Virus record (IMG/VR): IMGVR_UViG_2711768058_000009
Location: 1 to 12,670 of that record
DNA: 12,670 bases
Source of the DNA: a virus
Taxonomy: Duplodnaviria; Heunggongvirae; Uroviricota; Caudoviricetes
Strand: one strand, 5' to 3'
Position 1 is the stretch's first letter. Every line of letters starts with the position of its first letter. Shown here in pieces: positions 1 through 7,319 of this stretch. The notes under the pieces are model-generated. The model ran no database searches. It worked only from the letters and a program-made list of their open reading frames with translations, and had not been told where the DNA came from. Both the position numbers and the translations under genes were made by a program.

Positions 1-1287
1 TCATCGTCTCGCTCTGTGGGGCATGTATGGGACACTTTCAGTTAACTCCTTATTGAGCAGTTCTATCTGCCCGATATTGTTATCTTTCATCCATGCTCCG
101 TAAACATTGAAAACCATTTGGGCGTTTGCATGTCCCATCTGGTTTGCGATAAAGCTTGGATTAGCTCCCGCCGATAATGCCCAGCAGGCATAAGTATGCC
201 TGGACTGATAGGCTTTCCTGTGCCGTAGTCCCGCCCGTCTCAATGCCGATGCCCATGAGTCTCTGATGGAGTCTGCTTTGTAGTGGTGGCCTGCCTGCTG
301 GCATTTTTTCACCAGTTGCGGATTAAAAACAAATGTGCATTCATGTCTTACGGTGCGTCCGAACTCCCGAAGTTTGACGTCAATTTGATATTGAGTACCA
401 AATCTTGTCATTTCAGCCTGACTTTTCAGGGTATCAACGGCTGGTTGAACAAGATGAATAACACGATCTGTTCCCGCTTCGGTTTTTGGTAGAGTGAACT
501 CACCGAGTTTTGTATAATTACGACGGATAGTCATTGTTTTAGCTTTTAAATCAATATCCTCCCAGGCAAGAGATATCAGCTCACCATGACGAATGCCTGT
601 GTATACTGCTAAAGACCACAGGTTTTTTGTTTGTTGATGGTGGCAAGCATCAATAAAACGAATGAATTCGTCATGTGTGAGCGGATCTGGTTCTGTTCTT
701 GATCTTTTTAATGGTGTAAGACCGTTAAACGGGTTTGATTCTGTGTATCCGTTGTCAGCTGCAAATTGAAACATACCTGCAATTGTCGTCATGTAGTAAT
801 TAACTGTAACTACAGATCGCCCTTTGACAGGAGTTGTCTTGCCGTTCGAGAGATTGTGATACCCGGTCAATAAATCTTTCCTGATAAAGAGTAAATCTTC
901 TTTTGTTACAGATGAAGCCAGTCGATTTTCCCCTATACGAGGGAGCATGTTTCTCACCACAGATTGATACCGATTGAGCGCGTTACCACCTATCTCGATT
1001 TTCTTCAGATCCAGCCATTTTTCGGCAAGTGCCTTAATGGTTATCTCCCTTTTCCCCAGACCGAAGTGTTTCAGATTTGGAGACTCAGGGAACTGCGCAG
1101 CGTAGTCGAAATTCCCCATTCTGATTGCAAAACAAACTGAAGTCCTGAGTTCGCCTGCAATCTTCCGGTTTTTGGCTGTGTCAGGAATACCGAGGTTTTC
1201 TCTGACACGTTTGCCGTTATAGTGAAACCATATGCGGAGTGAGCCGCCATGGTTTTCAACGCCTGTTGGGTATGATGTGTTACTCAT
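1..1287 (-). CDS. int: Tyrosine-type site-specific integrase (phage integrase family), complete, 428 aa; the attachment site would lie just left of the window
   Basis: Full ORF with stop at 1-3. C-terminal region has the R...HxxR...Y catalytic pattern (e.g. RHTYACW). RBS GGGAGG 4 nt upstream of the ATG at 1287. Sits next to an excisionase-like gene. Confidence 0.9.
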   Translation of the reverse strand: MSNTSYPTGVENHGGSLRIWFHYNGKRVRENLGIPDTAKNRKIAGELRTSVCFAIRMGNFDYAAQFPESPNLKHFGLGKREITIKALAEKWLDLKKIEIGGNALNRYQSVVRNMLPRIGENRLASSVTKEDLLFIRKDLLTGYHNLSNGKTTPVKGRSVVTVNYYMTTIAGMFQFAADNGYTESNPFNGLTPLKRSRTEPDPLTHDEFIRFIDACHHQQTKNLWSLAVYTGIRHGELISLAWEDIDLKAKTMTIRRNYTKLGEFTLPKTEAGTDRVIHLVQPAVDTLKSQAEMTRFGTQYQIDVKLREFGRTVRHECTFVFNPQLVKKCQQAGHHYKADSIRDSWASALRRAGLRHRKAYQSRHTYACWALSAGANPSFIANQMGHANAQMVFNVYGAWMKDNNIGQIELLNKELTESVPYMPHRARR

Positions 1288-1320
1288 TAAACCTCCCAGA
1301 CGTCCAGGAGCATTAACAGG

Positions 1321-1575
1321 TTAACCGGAACTTGCATTTTTGGCACCTGGTTGTTTCTGGTTTTTTATCCACCGCATAATTGCATCTATGTTGTACAGGC
1401 ATTCACTGTTTGGTTTTGGCTCTCCATCCACAGAGAAGTGGATATATTCCCTTCCTAACATCCATGATGTTCTGCGTGCTCGCTCGATAGTGCCTGATTT
1501 TAATCCTGTTGCAGCAATTAAGATGCTTTCAGCGCACCATTCACTGGGTGTTATCTGATAGATAATTTGTTGCAT
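1321..1575 (-). CDS. xis: Excisionase-like small DNA-binding protein (Xis position), about 84 aa from the ATG at 1575; the track ORF starts at a TTG at 1590
   Basis: Small ORF immediately upstream of int on the same strand. Shows the xis-like pattern (ITPSEW...RR..W, basic patches). AAGG 7 nt upstream of the ATG at 1575. Confidence 0.6.
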   Translation of the reverse strand: MQQIIYQITPSEWCAESILIAATGLKSGTIERARRTSWMLGREYIHFSVDGEPKPNSECLYNIDAIMRWIKNQKQPGAKNASSG

Positions 1576-1632
1576 AGAATTGCCTTGCAACCGCCGCCAC
1601 TATAGCTGGTGGACGGCGATCAGGGTTGAACA

Positions 1633-4077
1633 TTAAAAATCAGCTTGACTCGGGATCAGTTTTTGCCAGATTGCTGACACGTATTTTGCCTGGTAACGGG
1701 CGTCATCAAGTGCATTATGGCGCTCACCTTCGAATGGAATAGTCGTTCTGGCATCGAAATCTATCACCAGTCCCAGAGCAACCATCGTTCGTACATCACG
1801 ATCGTTGTTGTAGCGCCACGGACAGGGGATCCCCTGTCGTTCATATGAACGGCGTAAAATTACGTTGTCGAAGTTGGCTCCATTTCCCCACACCTGAACA
1901 AAAAATTCACCGGAGTTTTCGGCGATAAACTCCCTGAACTGCAACAGCGCGTCATCCAACGGGATTTCATTGGTAAGAATGGCGGATTGTGCTTCGCGTG
2001 ACTGTTTCAGCCACCACTTAATGGTGTCCCGATCAATGACTCCGCCAGCAGTTTCCAGATCGATAGTCTTACTAAATTCCGGTCCCATATCTCCGGTTTG
2101 CGGATCGAAAAATATTGCACCTATTGAGATGATCGGGGCATCAGGATTTTTTCCCATGGTTTCAAGGTCGATCATTAGATGGTCACACGTCCTGCTGGTG
2201 GATGTGATTTCGTGATGACCGTTCACCTTAATTGGGTGATCTGCCGTCTCGCCAGTTTCATTATCGCTATCGTGATGCTGATTGCCGCCAGTGTTCTCCT
2301 TGTGTGGATGTTCAGCGCCTTCCATTTCCTCCGGATCATCTTTCTGAACTTCAACCTGATTCTCTTCATCGAATGTTTCCTGGTATGTTGTGTCGTCCAT
2401 CACCGCGCCACAGTCAGGACAGTTACCGCCGCTGGTCTGACCATAGGCGGTGCAAAATTTTTCCACTTCCTGTTGCGCTACTGGTTCAAGAAGTTTCGTT
2501 TCTGGCTCGTTTTGTCGCGCATTTGGGCTGTTTTGTTCTGCATTTTGGTCGTTCTGTTCCGTTTCTTGCTGGTTCTGGTTCACAGAATCGCGGGTTTCAA
2601 TCCCCTTCACCCATTTCGGATCATTCGGGTCGCTAATCCCTTCAACAAATTCTCCACGAGAAGCAGCCAGTAACTTGTCGGCATCAACAGGATTTTGGGG
2701 CGGAATGTTTTTCCGGGCTTCATGGAGTTCTGACCGCAGTTTCTGATATTTCGCATCAACAGAATTTACCTGTGACTGAGCATCCAGCGGCTGCGTGTCC
2801 TGATGATGTTCAGTTGCATCCGGTTCCACTGTTTCAGCCGTTGCCTGTTCATCTGCCATTGCGCAAGATGGTTGCGGTTTTTTTTCATCATCCTGTTTTT
2901 CTTCTTCTGTTACACGCTGCGGCATCGGGGCAGAGGAGCGACCGCAGGCAATATCCACGATTTCCGGATCAGGGTTGGCATGATCGGTTTCAGTCAGTAC
3001 TTTGTTCAGATATTCAGTGACGTGTGCGGGGATGACCTCGATCCCAATTGGTGCTTCTTTTACGGACGCAACCACGATGGCGCGGGAATAATCCAGCCCG
3101 CCAGGCATGGTGATGAATTTGTCGCGGAAAACAGAAAAGGGCGATTTATTTTCAGCGATAATTTCCTCGATACGTTTAGCGTGTGCCGGATGAAGGTTAT
3201 AAATGTCCACGTCCATTGAACGAGCTAGTACGCCAGTGGCTACGTCGCGCGCCAGTGACGTCAGATCGTGAACGAAACCTTCGCCGCGATCAGTGAGGTT
3301 CCCGCCGCCAGCATTAGCGCCGGAAGCCGTGCGCGTGATGCGTGAAATACGATTTCCTTTCATCCACTCTTTTGTCAGCAGACCGCGATCGGTGTAGTCA
3401 GCGTTCAGGTATGATTCGATAAAAGAGGTCATCAGTCCCAGGTCTGAATTTACTGGGGCTGGGAAAACTTTGTCAGTGTCTCGCACCAGTTTGTATAAAT
3501 CCCGAATTTCCAGCGGCCCCAGTTGAGCTGCTTTATTTGAAATGGCACGGGTTGTAACCGTAGGGAGTTCTTCATCCAGTGCACTATGCAATGCCCGAAG
3601 TTCTTCCCGTGAAACGTGCGTTACCGGTTTCTCGCTGCCGTGTTGTGCAAGCCAGCGAACGGGCAGTTCCTGACCAGAAATCGGCAGGAGCATACCATCC
3701 TCAATCTCTGTCATATCTTCGCCGTTGACGTTGGTATTGTCAGTGCTGGCTGGTTTGTGCTGCGAAGAGGAAGAGGGCGCGCTAAATATCATTGTGATGC
3801 CATCTTCCCCGCCTTTTTCATATCGATTGCAGAATTCGGTATCAAACACGCCTTCCGGTGGAAGGTCATTCACAACGGGTAAATGGACACGGACGGGTTT
3901 TTTAAAGTCGTCTTCATCATAATCGTTGTCATCCATTGCAGTAATGCAGCGGGAGATAGCAACAGATAATTTTTTTGCTGTAGTCCAGTAAAAACCACCT
4001 TTAATTCCCAGGCGTTTTCTGACTTTGTCATTTTTTGCTTCGCAATATAGTGCAAATTCTTCTTTATCAGTGCTCAT
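1633..4077 (-). CDS. Large 814-aa protein: N-terminal domain of unknown function, acidic Q/N/E/D-rich linker with one CxxC, C-terminal DEDDh (DnaQ-like) 3'-5' exonuclease domain
   Basis: Long uninterrupted ORF. The three exonuclease motifs are visible in the C-terminal 190 aa: [26 protein letters not shown] 7 nt upstream of the ATG at 4077. Occupies the slot between xis and the early-left genes where lambdoid phages carry exo/bet or recE/recT. Confidence 0.85.
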   Translation of the reverse strand: MSTDKEEFALYCEAKNDKVRKRLGIKGGFYWTTAKKLSVAISRCITAMDDNDYDEDDFKKPVRVHLPVVNDLPPEGVFDTEFCNRYEKGGEDGITMIFSAPSSSSQHKPASTDNTNVNGEDMTEIEDGMLLPISGQELPVRWLAQHGSEKPVTHVSREELRALHSALDEELPTVTTRAISNKAAQLGPLEIRDLYKLVRDTDKVFPAPVNSDLGLMTSFIESYLNADYTDRGLLTKEWMKGNRISRITRTASGANAGGGNLTDRGEGFVHDLTSLARDVATGVLARSMDVDIYNLHPAHAKRIEEIIAENKSPFSVFRDKFITMPGGLDYSRAIVVASVKEAPIGIEVIPAHVTEYLNKVLTETDHANPDPEIVDIACGRSSAPMPQRVTEEEKQDDEKKPQPSCAMADEQATAETVEPDATEHHQDTQPLDAQSQVNSVDAKYQKLRSELHEARKNIPPQNPVDADKLLAASRGEFVEGISDPNDPKWVKGIETRDSVNQNQQETEQNDQNAEQNSPNARQNEPETKLLEPVAQQEVEKFCTAYGQTSGGNCPDCGAVMDDTTYQETFDEENQVEVQKDDPEEMEGAEHPHKENTGGNQHHDSDNETGETADHPIKVNGHHEITSTSRTCDHLMIDLETMGKNPDAPIISIGAIFFDPQTGDMGPEFSKTIDLETAGGVIDRDTIKWWLKQSREAQSAILTNEIPLDDALLQFREFIAENSGEFFVQVWGNGANFDNVILRRSYERQGIPCPWRYNNDRDVRTMVALGLVIDFDARTTIPFEGERHNALDDARYQAKYVSAIWQKLIPSQADF

Positions 4078-4191
4078 TGATAAACCTCATAACTATTTTA
4101 AGGTTGTATGAACCCCTGCCATTTCAGGCATGCTTAATCAGTTGGTATGGCGTTAATATGGCTGGTGGGTTATCCAGCCGGTGTTTCGTTA

Positions 4192-4353
4192 TTACAGAGA
4201 TACTTTTTTTAACGGGAGGCATTCGCCGGAAAATTTTTGCTCATCTCTTGCCTGAAGGCAGGTTGCCTTACTGTCATAAATTCCGGTAATCATATTCTGT
4301 GACTCACCTGCTGTAAGAAAAACCGTCATCACCAGTGCAAATGCCGAAGTCAT
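4192..4353 (-). CDS. Small hypothetical protein, 53 aa, with a hydrophobic signal-peptide-like N-terminus (MTSAFALVMTVFLTAG...)
   Basis: Not in the ORF track (under 60 aa). The ATG at 4353 overlaps the TGA of the upstream ORF (ATGA, translational coupling). GGAGA 6 nt upstream. Confidence 0.35.
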   Translation of the reverse strand: MTSAFALVMTVFLTAGESQNMITGIYDSKATCLQARDEQKFSGECLPLKKVSL

Positions 4354-4538
4354 CGCTGTTCTCCAAAAATGCCAAGTTGAAGAAGAGCAATTCTTGAAAG
4401 TATGGAATTATCATTCAGAAGATAAGGCTCATATTTCCTCATATTAATGGCATCATCAGTGAAGTCTTTATTACTGAGCTGAATGCCAATATTAAAACAA
4501 CCTTCAGACGTATTAACGTTTGGTAATAACGTTTCCAT
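4350..4538 (-). CDS. Small hypothetical protein, 62 aa
   Basis: ORF with GAGG 8 nt upstream of the ATG at 4538. Its stop overlaps the start of the next small ORF. AT-rich composition suggests an acquired moron. Confidence 0.4.
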   Translation of the reverse strand: METLLPNVNTSEGCFNIGIQLSNKDFTDDAINMRKYEPYLLNDNSILSRIALLQLGIFGEQR

Positions 4539-4713
4539 TATCGCGTCCTCAACAATGAATTTTGTGATGCAGTGCCTGGTGCCTCCAGGTGACGTTAGCC
4601 AGTTAACAATTAACGCCGGATACAGAGCATTCCCGTTACGCCCGTAAAAGACCGCTTGTTTTAACTGTTCCGCGTGCGCTGAGCCGCATTCACCGCATCA
4701 CAAAATTCACTTT

Positions 4714-4766
4714 AAAAAAGGCGGCAGAGCAGTTACGGAGTAAAACTGGTACCGCCAAACGTCACC
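4714..4766 (-). terminator. Candidate intrinsic terminator for leftward transcription: GGCGGUA/UGCCGCC stem followed by U6
   Basis: Minus-strand RNA would read GGCGGUACC...CUGCCGCC then UUUUUU (plus-strand A6 at 4714-4719). The loop is long, so stability is uncertain. Confidence 0.35.
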
Positions 4767-4905
4767 AGAAAATGGATAACAGAGGGCGTTGCAGCGTGGT
4801 TGTCTCTTAAGCGTATGGTCAACCTGACAACCCGGTGTACTCAACGGGGAAGGAATAACCACGCCATACTTACCGCCGCGCCATTTCGCGGATTGCCACA
4901 ACCGG

Positions 4906-4967
4906 AAGCGCACGGTCGAATTAAATTTAACGACACCGTACAGTGAGACGAACTTCACCGTGCGCTT
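4906..4967. repeat. Perfect 11-bp inverted repeat (AAGCGCACGGT / ACCGTGCGCTT) around a 40-nt loop that contains the palindrome TTAAATTTAA
   Basis: Arms read directly at 4906-4916 and 4957-4967. Lies in a roughly 470-bp stretch with no convincing ORF on either strand. Confidence 0.6.
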
Positions 4968-5009
4968 TCGTGTTGTGTGCCTGCTTTTAACCACGTCAGG
5001 CGAGGTGGT

Positions 5010-5038
5010 ATCCTTAAAATCACCACTGTTTTAAGGAT
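5010..5038. promoter_or_regulatory. 10-bp perfect inverted repeat ATCCTTAAAA-N9-TTTTAAGGAT, operator-like, just upstream of the plus-strand membrane ORF
   Basis: Read directly from the sequence. The stem is AT-rich, so it is more likely a protein-binding site than a terminator. It overlaps the stop of the minus ORF and sits 11 nt before the ATG at 5049. Confidence 0.4.
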
Positions 5039-5615
5039 TCATTAAGCAATGTCGCAACCACCAATAAATCCGCTTAAGAACATGAAAATTGATTACTGGT
5101 ATAAAGCGCTTACAGTTGTTGGCGCTGCGTTGTTTGTCTTTAATGGAACGTCTTTTTTTGACAGATATCCCGTTGTTCCATTGGCTTTTTTGTCCGCCGG
5201 CATCTTTTTTATTGGTTTGGGAGAGTGGATTAACCACCCTCTCAAAGTGAGATTTATTGGTCCCGGAGTCTGGGCTCGCGGATATAACCGTTCTTCGTGC
5301 GCACTCGGTATCATCTTCGATATACTTGGTTGTTGCCTGATTGTTACAGGAGTCGTCAAGTTCTTCTGATGTAAAACCGCAAATGGGGCACGCAGAGGGA
5401 ATTTTGAAAAGCGTTTCACCGGGTTCCAGAACAAAATTTTCTGCGGTCTGATTTTGCTTCTCATATTTGTGCTCCGCATCATTGCGAGAGCACATTCTTA
5501 TTCTGAGCGCCTGTTTAAACTCACTGAAGCTGAGGGCTTCTTCGCCTTCGGCAAGGCCTTCGAAGTATTCTTCGTAAGCCTTTTCCATGATTGTGTCGAA
5601 ATCCATATCACTCAT
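5031..5615 (-). CDS. Hypothetical protein; N-terminal 80 aa acidic and helical-looking, C-terminal part low-complexity; true extent uncertain
   Basis: ORF open from the ATG at 5615 to the stop at 5031. The N-terminal part (MSDMDFDTIMEKAYEEYFEGLAEGEE...) looks protein-like. The C-terminal part is exactly codon-antisense to the membrane ORF and K/N/Q/R-rich. The ATG overlaps the stop of the upstream 51-aa ORF. Confidence 0.4.
   Translation of the reverse strand: MSDMDFDTIMEKAYEEYFEGLAEGEEALSFSEFKQALRIRMCSRNDAEHKYEKQNQTAENFVLEPGETLFKIPSACPICGFTSEELDDSCNNQATTKYIEDDTECARRTVISASPDSGTNKSHFERVVNPLSQTNKKDAGGQKSQWNNGISVKKRRSIKDKQRSANNCKRFIPVINFHVLKRIYWWLRHCLMNP
5049..5369 (+). CDS. Small integral membrane protein, 106 aa, about 3 predicted transmembrane helices; candidate superinfection-exclusion or abortive-infection moron
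   Basis: Three hydrophobic segments of about 20 aa separated by charged loops. AT-rich. Transcribed opposite to the surrounding leftward operon, as accessory exclusion genes often are. Lies entirely antisense to the minus ORF 5031..5615, so only one may be real. Confidence 0.45.
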   Translation: MSQPPINPLKNMKIDYWYKALTVVGAALFVFNGTSFFDRYPVVPLAFLSAGIFFIGLGEWINHPLKVRFIGPGVWARGYNRSSCALGIIFDILGCCLIVTGVVKFF

Positions 5616-5763
5616 CTGAGTTTCTTTCCAGCCAGCGACGCGCACCAGCTTCGGTTTTAAACGTTTTGCTTCTGGTATACGTCATGGCGGTGAATGTGCC
5701 GTCCTGGTTGGGGAACACACCGCATACCAGAGATTCGTTGTTGCCAAGATTGAGCGTATCCAT
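5608..5763 (-). CDS. Small hypothetical protein, 51 aa, first gene of the leftward early operon
   Basis: Not in the ORF track. GAGG 7 nt upstream of the ATG at 5763. Stop overlaps the next gene's start (ATGAGTGA). Sequence looks protein-like (…TFKTEAGARRWLERNSDE). Confidence 0.4.
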   Translation of the reverse strand: MDTLNLGNNESLVCGVFPNQDGTFTAMTYTRSKTFKTEAGARRWLERNSDE

Positions 5764-5938
5764 GTTGACCTCATTTCCCCTTAACGCCGGGTAGCGGAAC
5801 TTAAAAACCTGCTGCGCTGCTATTCAAAGTTATCCCGCCGTCATGTTCATACGCCTCGGGCTGGCTACTTAACCCCTGACCACTGCCGGGTAACTCGAGG
5901 TATTGCCCTGCATTCTGTGGGGCGGAGTGGGTGGTAGG

Positions 5939-5988
5939 TATATAATGTACTTTTCGTTCACTGTTGTAAAGTACTTTGAGTACATTTT
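5939..5988 (-). promoter_or_regulatory. pL-like leftward promoter (TTTACA -17- CATTAT on the minus strand) overlapped by operator-like GTAC-core motifs
   Basis: Motifs ATGTACT (5945-5951), AGTACT (5970-5975) and CTTTGAGTACAT (5974-5985). The last is the exact reverse complement of ATGTACTCAAAG found right of the repressor gene. Confidence 0.4.
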
Positions 5989-6060
5989 GTGTGTAAAAAA
6001 ATGAGATGGGATAAAGTGAAGCACAAACCCGGAGGGTGATGCTACCGGATTTATGCTGGT

Positions 6061-6480
6061 TTAAGAGGCTTTTTGTTTTTTCTTTCGTGCTAACTCTTCG
6101 TAAATTGCATTGTACTTCTGTTTTTTCTCCTCAAGAGTTTTTAAAAGTTCATCTGTCTCACTGTCAGGGAGCTCGTCCAGAAGGTCAATGATGATTTTTT
6201 GTCTTGGATTTAACTCCTGATAGAAACGTACCTGTCCACCTTCTTCAGTATCCTCTCCCAAAAGATAGGTTGGTGTTGTTCCTATGAGTGTTGCTAATTC
6301 CCTTAATTTCTCTCGGCGAGGAATTGTTTCGCCATTAAACCATTTGCTAACCGCTTTTGGTGTTAATTTCATTCGACGGGCAATTTCTGCCTGCCTTCCA
6401 TGTTGTTCATAACCAGCGTTATCACAGGCTAGCGCAAGCCTGCTGGCGAACTCTTTACGCGCTTTATCTTCATGAACCAT
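6061..6480 (-). CDS. Prophage repressor, 139 aa: N-terminal XRE-family helix-turn-helix, C-terminal coiled-coil-like region, no S24 peptidase domain (non-cleavable, RacR-like)
   Basis: HTH signature (QAEIARRMKLTPKAVSKWFNGETIP). Divergent from a Cro-like gene. No Shine-Dalgarno sequence before the ATG, and a CTGACA -17- TATCAT promoter places the transcription start at about the ATG (leaderless, like lambda cI from pRM). Confidence 0.8.
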   Translation of the reverse strand: MVHEDKARKEFASRLALACDNAGYEQHGRQAEIARRMKLTPKAVSKWFNGETIPRREKLRELATLIGTTPTYLLGEDTEEGGQVRFYQELNPRQKIIIDLLDELPDSETDELLKTLEEKKQKYNAIYEELARKKKQKAS

Positions 6481-6559
6481 AAGTTCAATGATATTCGCTC
6501 TTGGATGTACTGTCAGTTCTGTTATAGCATGTACTCAAAGTTCACATTATGAGGATGAT
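6481..6559. promoter_or_regulatory. OR-like divergent promoter/operator region between the repressor and the Cro-like gene
   Basis: ATGTACT at 6505-6511 and 6529-6535. The 12-mer ATGTACTCAAAG (6529-6540) is mirrored left of the repressor. The leaderless pRM-like promoter on the minus strand overlaps these motifs. Confidence 0.5.
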
Positions 6560-6814
6560 ATGAACCAGAAAACACTTGAAGATGTAATCAAAACTGTTCG
6601 CGTTTCTGTTGTGGCCGACGTTTGTGGTGTCAGCCAAAGAGCAATCTACAAATGGATGGATAACGGAAAATTGCCTCGCACAGAATATACCGGCGAAACA
6701 AATTACGCTGAAAAAATCGCTCTTGCATCAAACGGATTATTTTCTGCCGATGCAATTTTAACTATTGGCAGGAATAAAACTACTACGAAAAAGCTGATGG
6801 GAGTTGATTCATGA
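6560..6814 (+). CDS. Cro-like (Cro/CI-type HTH) small regulator, 84 aa from the ATG at 6560
   Basis: GAGGA 4 nt upstream of the ATG at 6560. HTH-like segment (VADVCGVSQRAIYKWMDNGKLP). Divergent from the repressor. Stop overlaps the start of the next gene (ATGA). Confidence 0.7.
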   Translation: MNQKTLEDVIKTVRVSVVADVCGVSQRAIYKWMDNGKLPRTEYTGETNYAEKIALASNGLFSADAILTIGRNKTTTKKLMGVDS

Positions 6815-7233
6815 AAATCAAGCATGAGCATATCGAATCAGTGCTGTTAGCTATGGCTGCTGCAAAAGGGCAGGCATGGGTCGCTAACGCCATTACTGAG
6901 GAATATCTGCGCCATGGGGGAAGTGAATTGCCCCTCGTACCAGGCAGGGACTGGAACAATCAGCAGAATATCTATCACCGTTGGTTGAAAGGTGAAACGA
7001 AAGCGCAAAGGGAAAAAATTCAGAAACTGATCCCTGCGGTTCTGGCAATTCTTCCGCGCGAGCTGCGTCACAGGCTAAGTATTTACGACACTCTGGAACG
7101 CCGTGCATTACTGGCGGCGCAGGAAGCGTTGAGTACGGCAATTGATGCACATGATGATGCAGTCCAGGCCGTTTACCGGAAAGCGTATTTCAGCGACGGC
7201 GGGTCATCCGGCGAGTCTGTTGTGGTGCATTGA
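6811..7233 (+). CDS. YdaT-like protein, 140 aa, in the CII position of a Rac-type immunity region
   Basis: Translationally coupled to the Cro-like gene. The order repressor / Cro-like / this gene / DUF1376 matches the Rac racR-ydaS-ydaT-ydaU arrangement. Family assignment is from memory. Confidence 0.7.
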   Translation: MKIKHEHIESVLLAMAAAKGQAWVANAITEEYLRHGGSELPLVPGRDWNNQQNIYHRWLKGETKAQREKIQKLIPAVLAILPRELRHRLSIYDTLERRALLAAQEALSTAIDAHDDAVQAVYRKAYFSDGGSSGESVVVH

Positions 7234-7319
7234 TATTTATGCCAGACCTCTGCTGATTCTGTTGATTGGGGAATCACAGAATATCACCAGAGGATGGTTC
7301 GTCACAAGATGAGGCAATT

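Noticed and set aside
283-1259. Track ORFs 283..492 (+) and 1071..1259 (-) inside the integrase gene
   Set aside because: Fully embedded in the well-supported integrase ORF; no RBS and junk-like composition, so they are shadow frames.
1970-4055. Track ORFs overlapping the 814-aa gene on both strands (1970..2215, 2179..2673, 2232..2636, 2450..2746, 2772..3020, 2803..3219, 3616..3882, 3725..3922 on plus; 3870..4055 on minus)
   Set aside because: All lie inside the long exonuclease ORF and have low-complexity or Cys/Phe/Arg-rich translations typical of alternative frames.
4035-4289. Plus-strand ORF of 84 aa
   Set aside because: Spans the intergenic/RBS region of the leftward operon, has no RBS, and composition is not protein-like.
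4707-4994. Minus-strand ORF of 95 aa in the structured region
   Set aside because: R/W/C-rich random-looking translation with no RBS; the region is better explained by RNA structure (inverted repeats, terminator-like hairpin).
4560-5030. Possible retron non-coding RNA (msr/msd) suggested by the long inverted repeats
   Set aside because: No reverse transcriptase gene anywhere in the window, and the repeat geometry is not specifically retron-like.
5093-5794. Track ORFs 5093..5482 (-), 5454..5660 (+) and 5591..5794 (+)
   Set aside because: Alternative frames of the two better-supported ORFs in this interval; translations are junk-like.
5941-5946. Perfect TATAAT on the plus strand
   Set aside because: No acceptable -35 or TGn extension upstream, and it would drive transcription antisense into the repressor gene; more likely part of the operator/leftward promoter.
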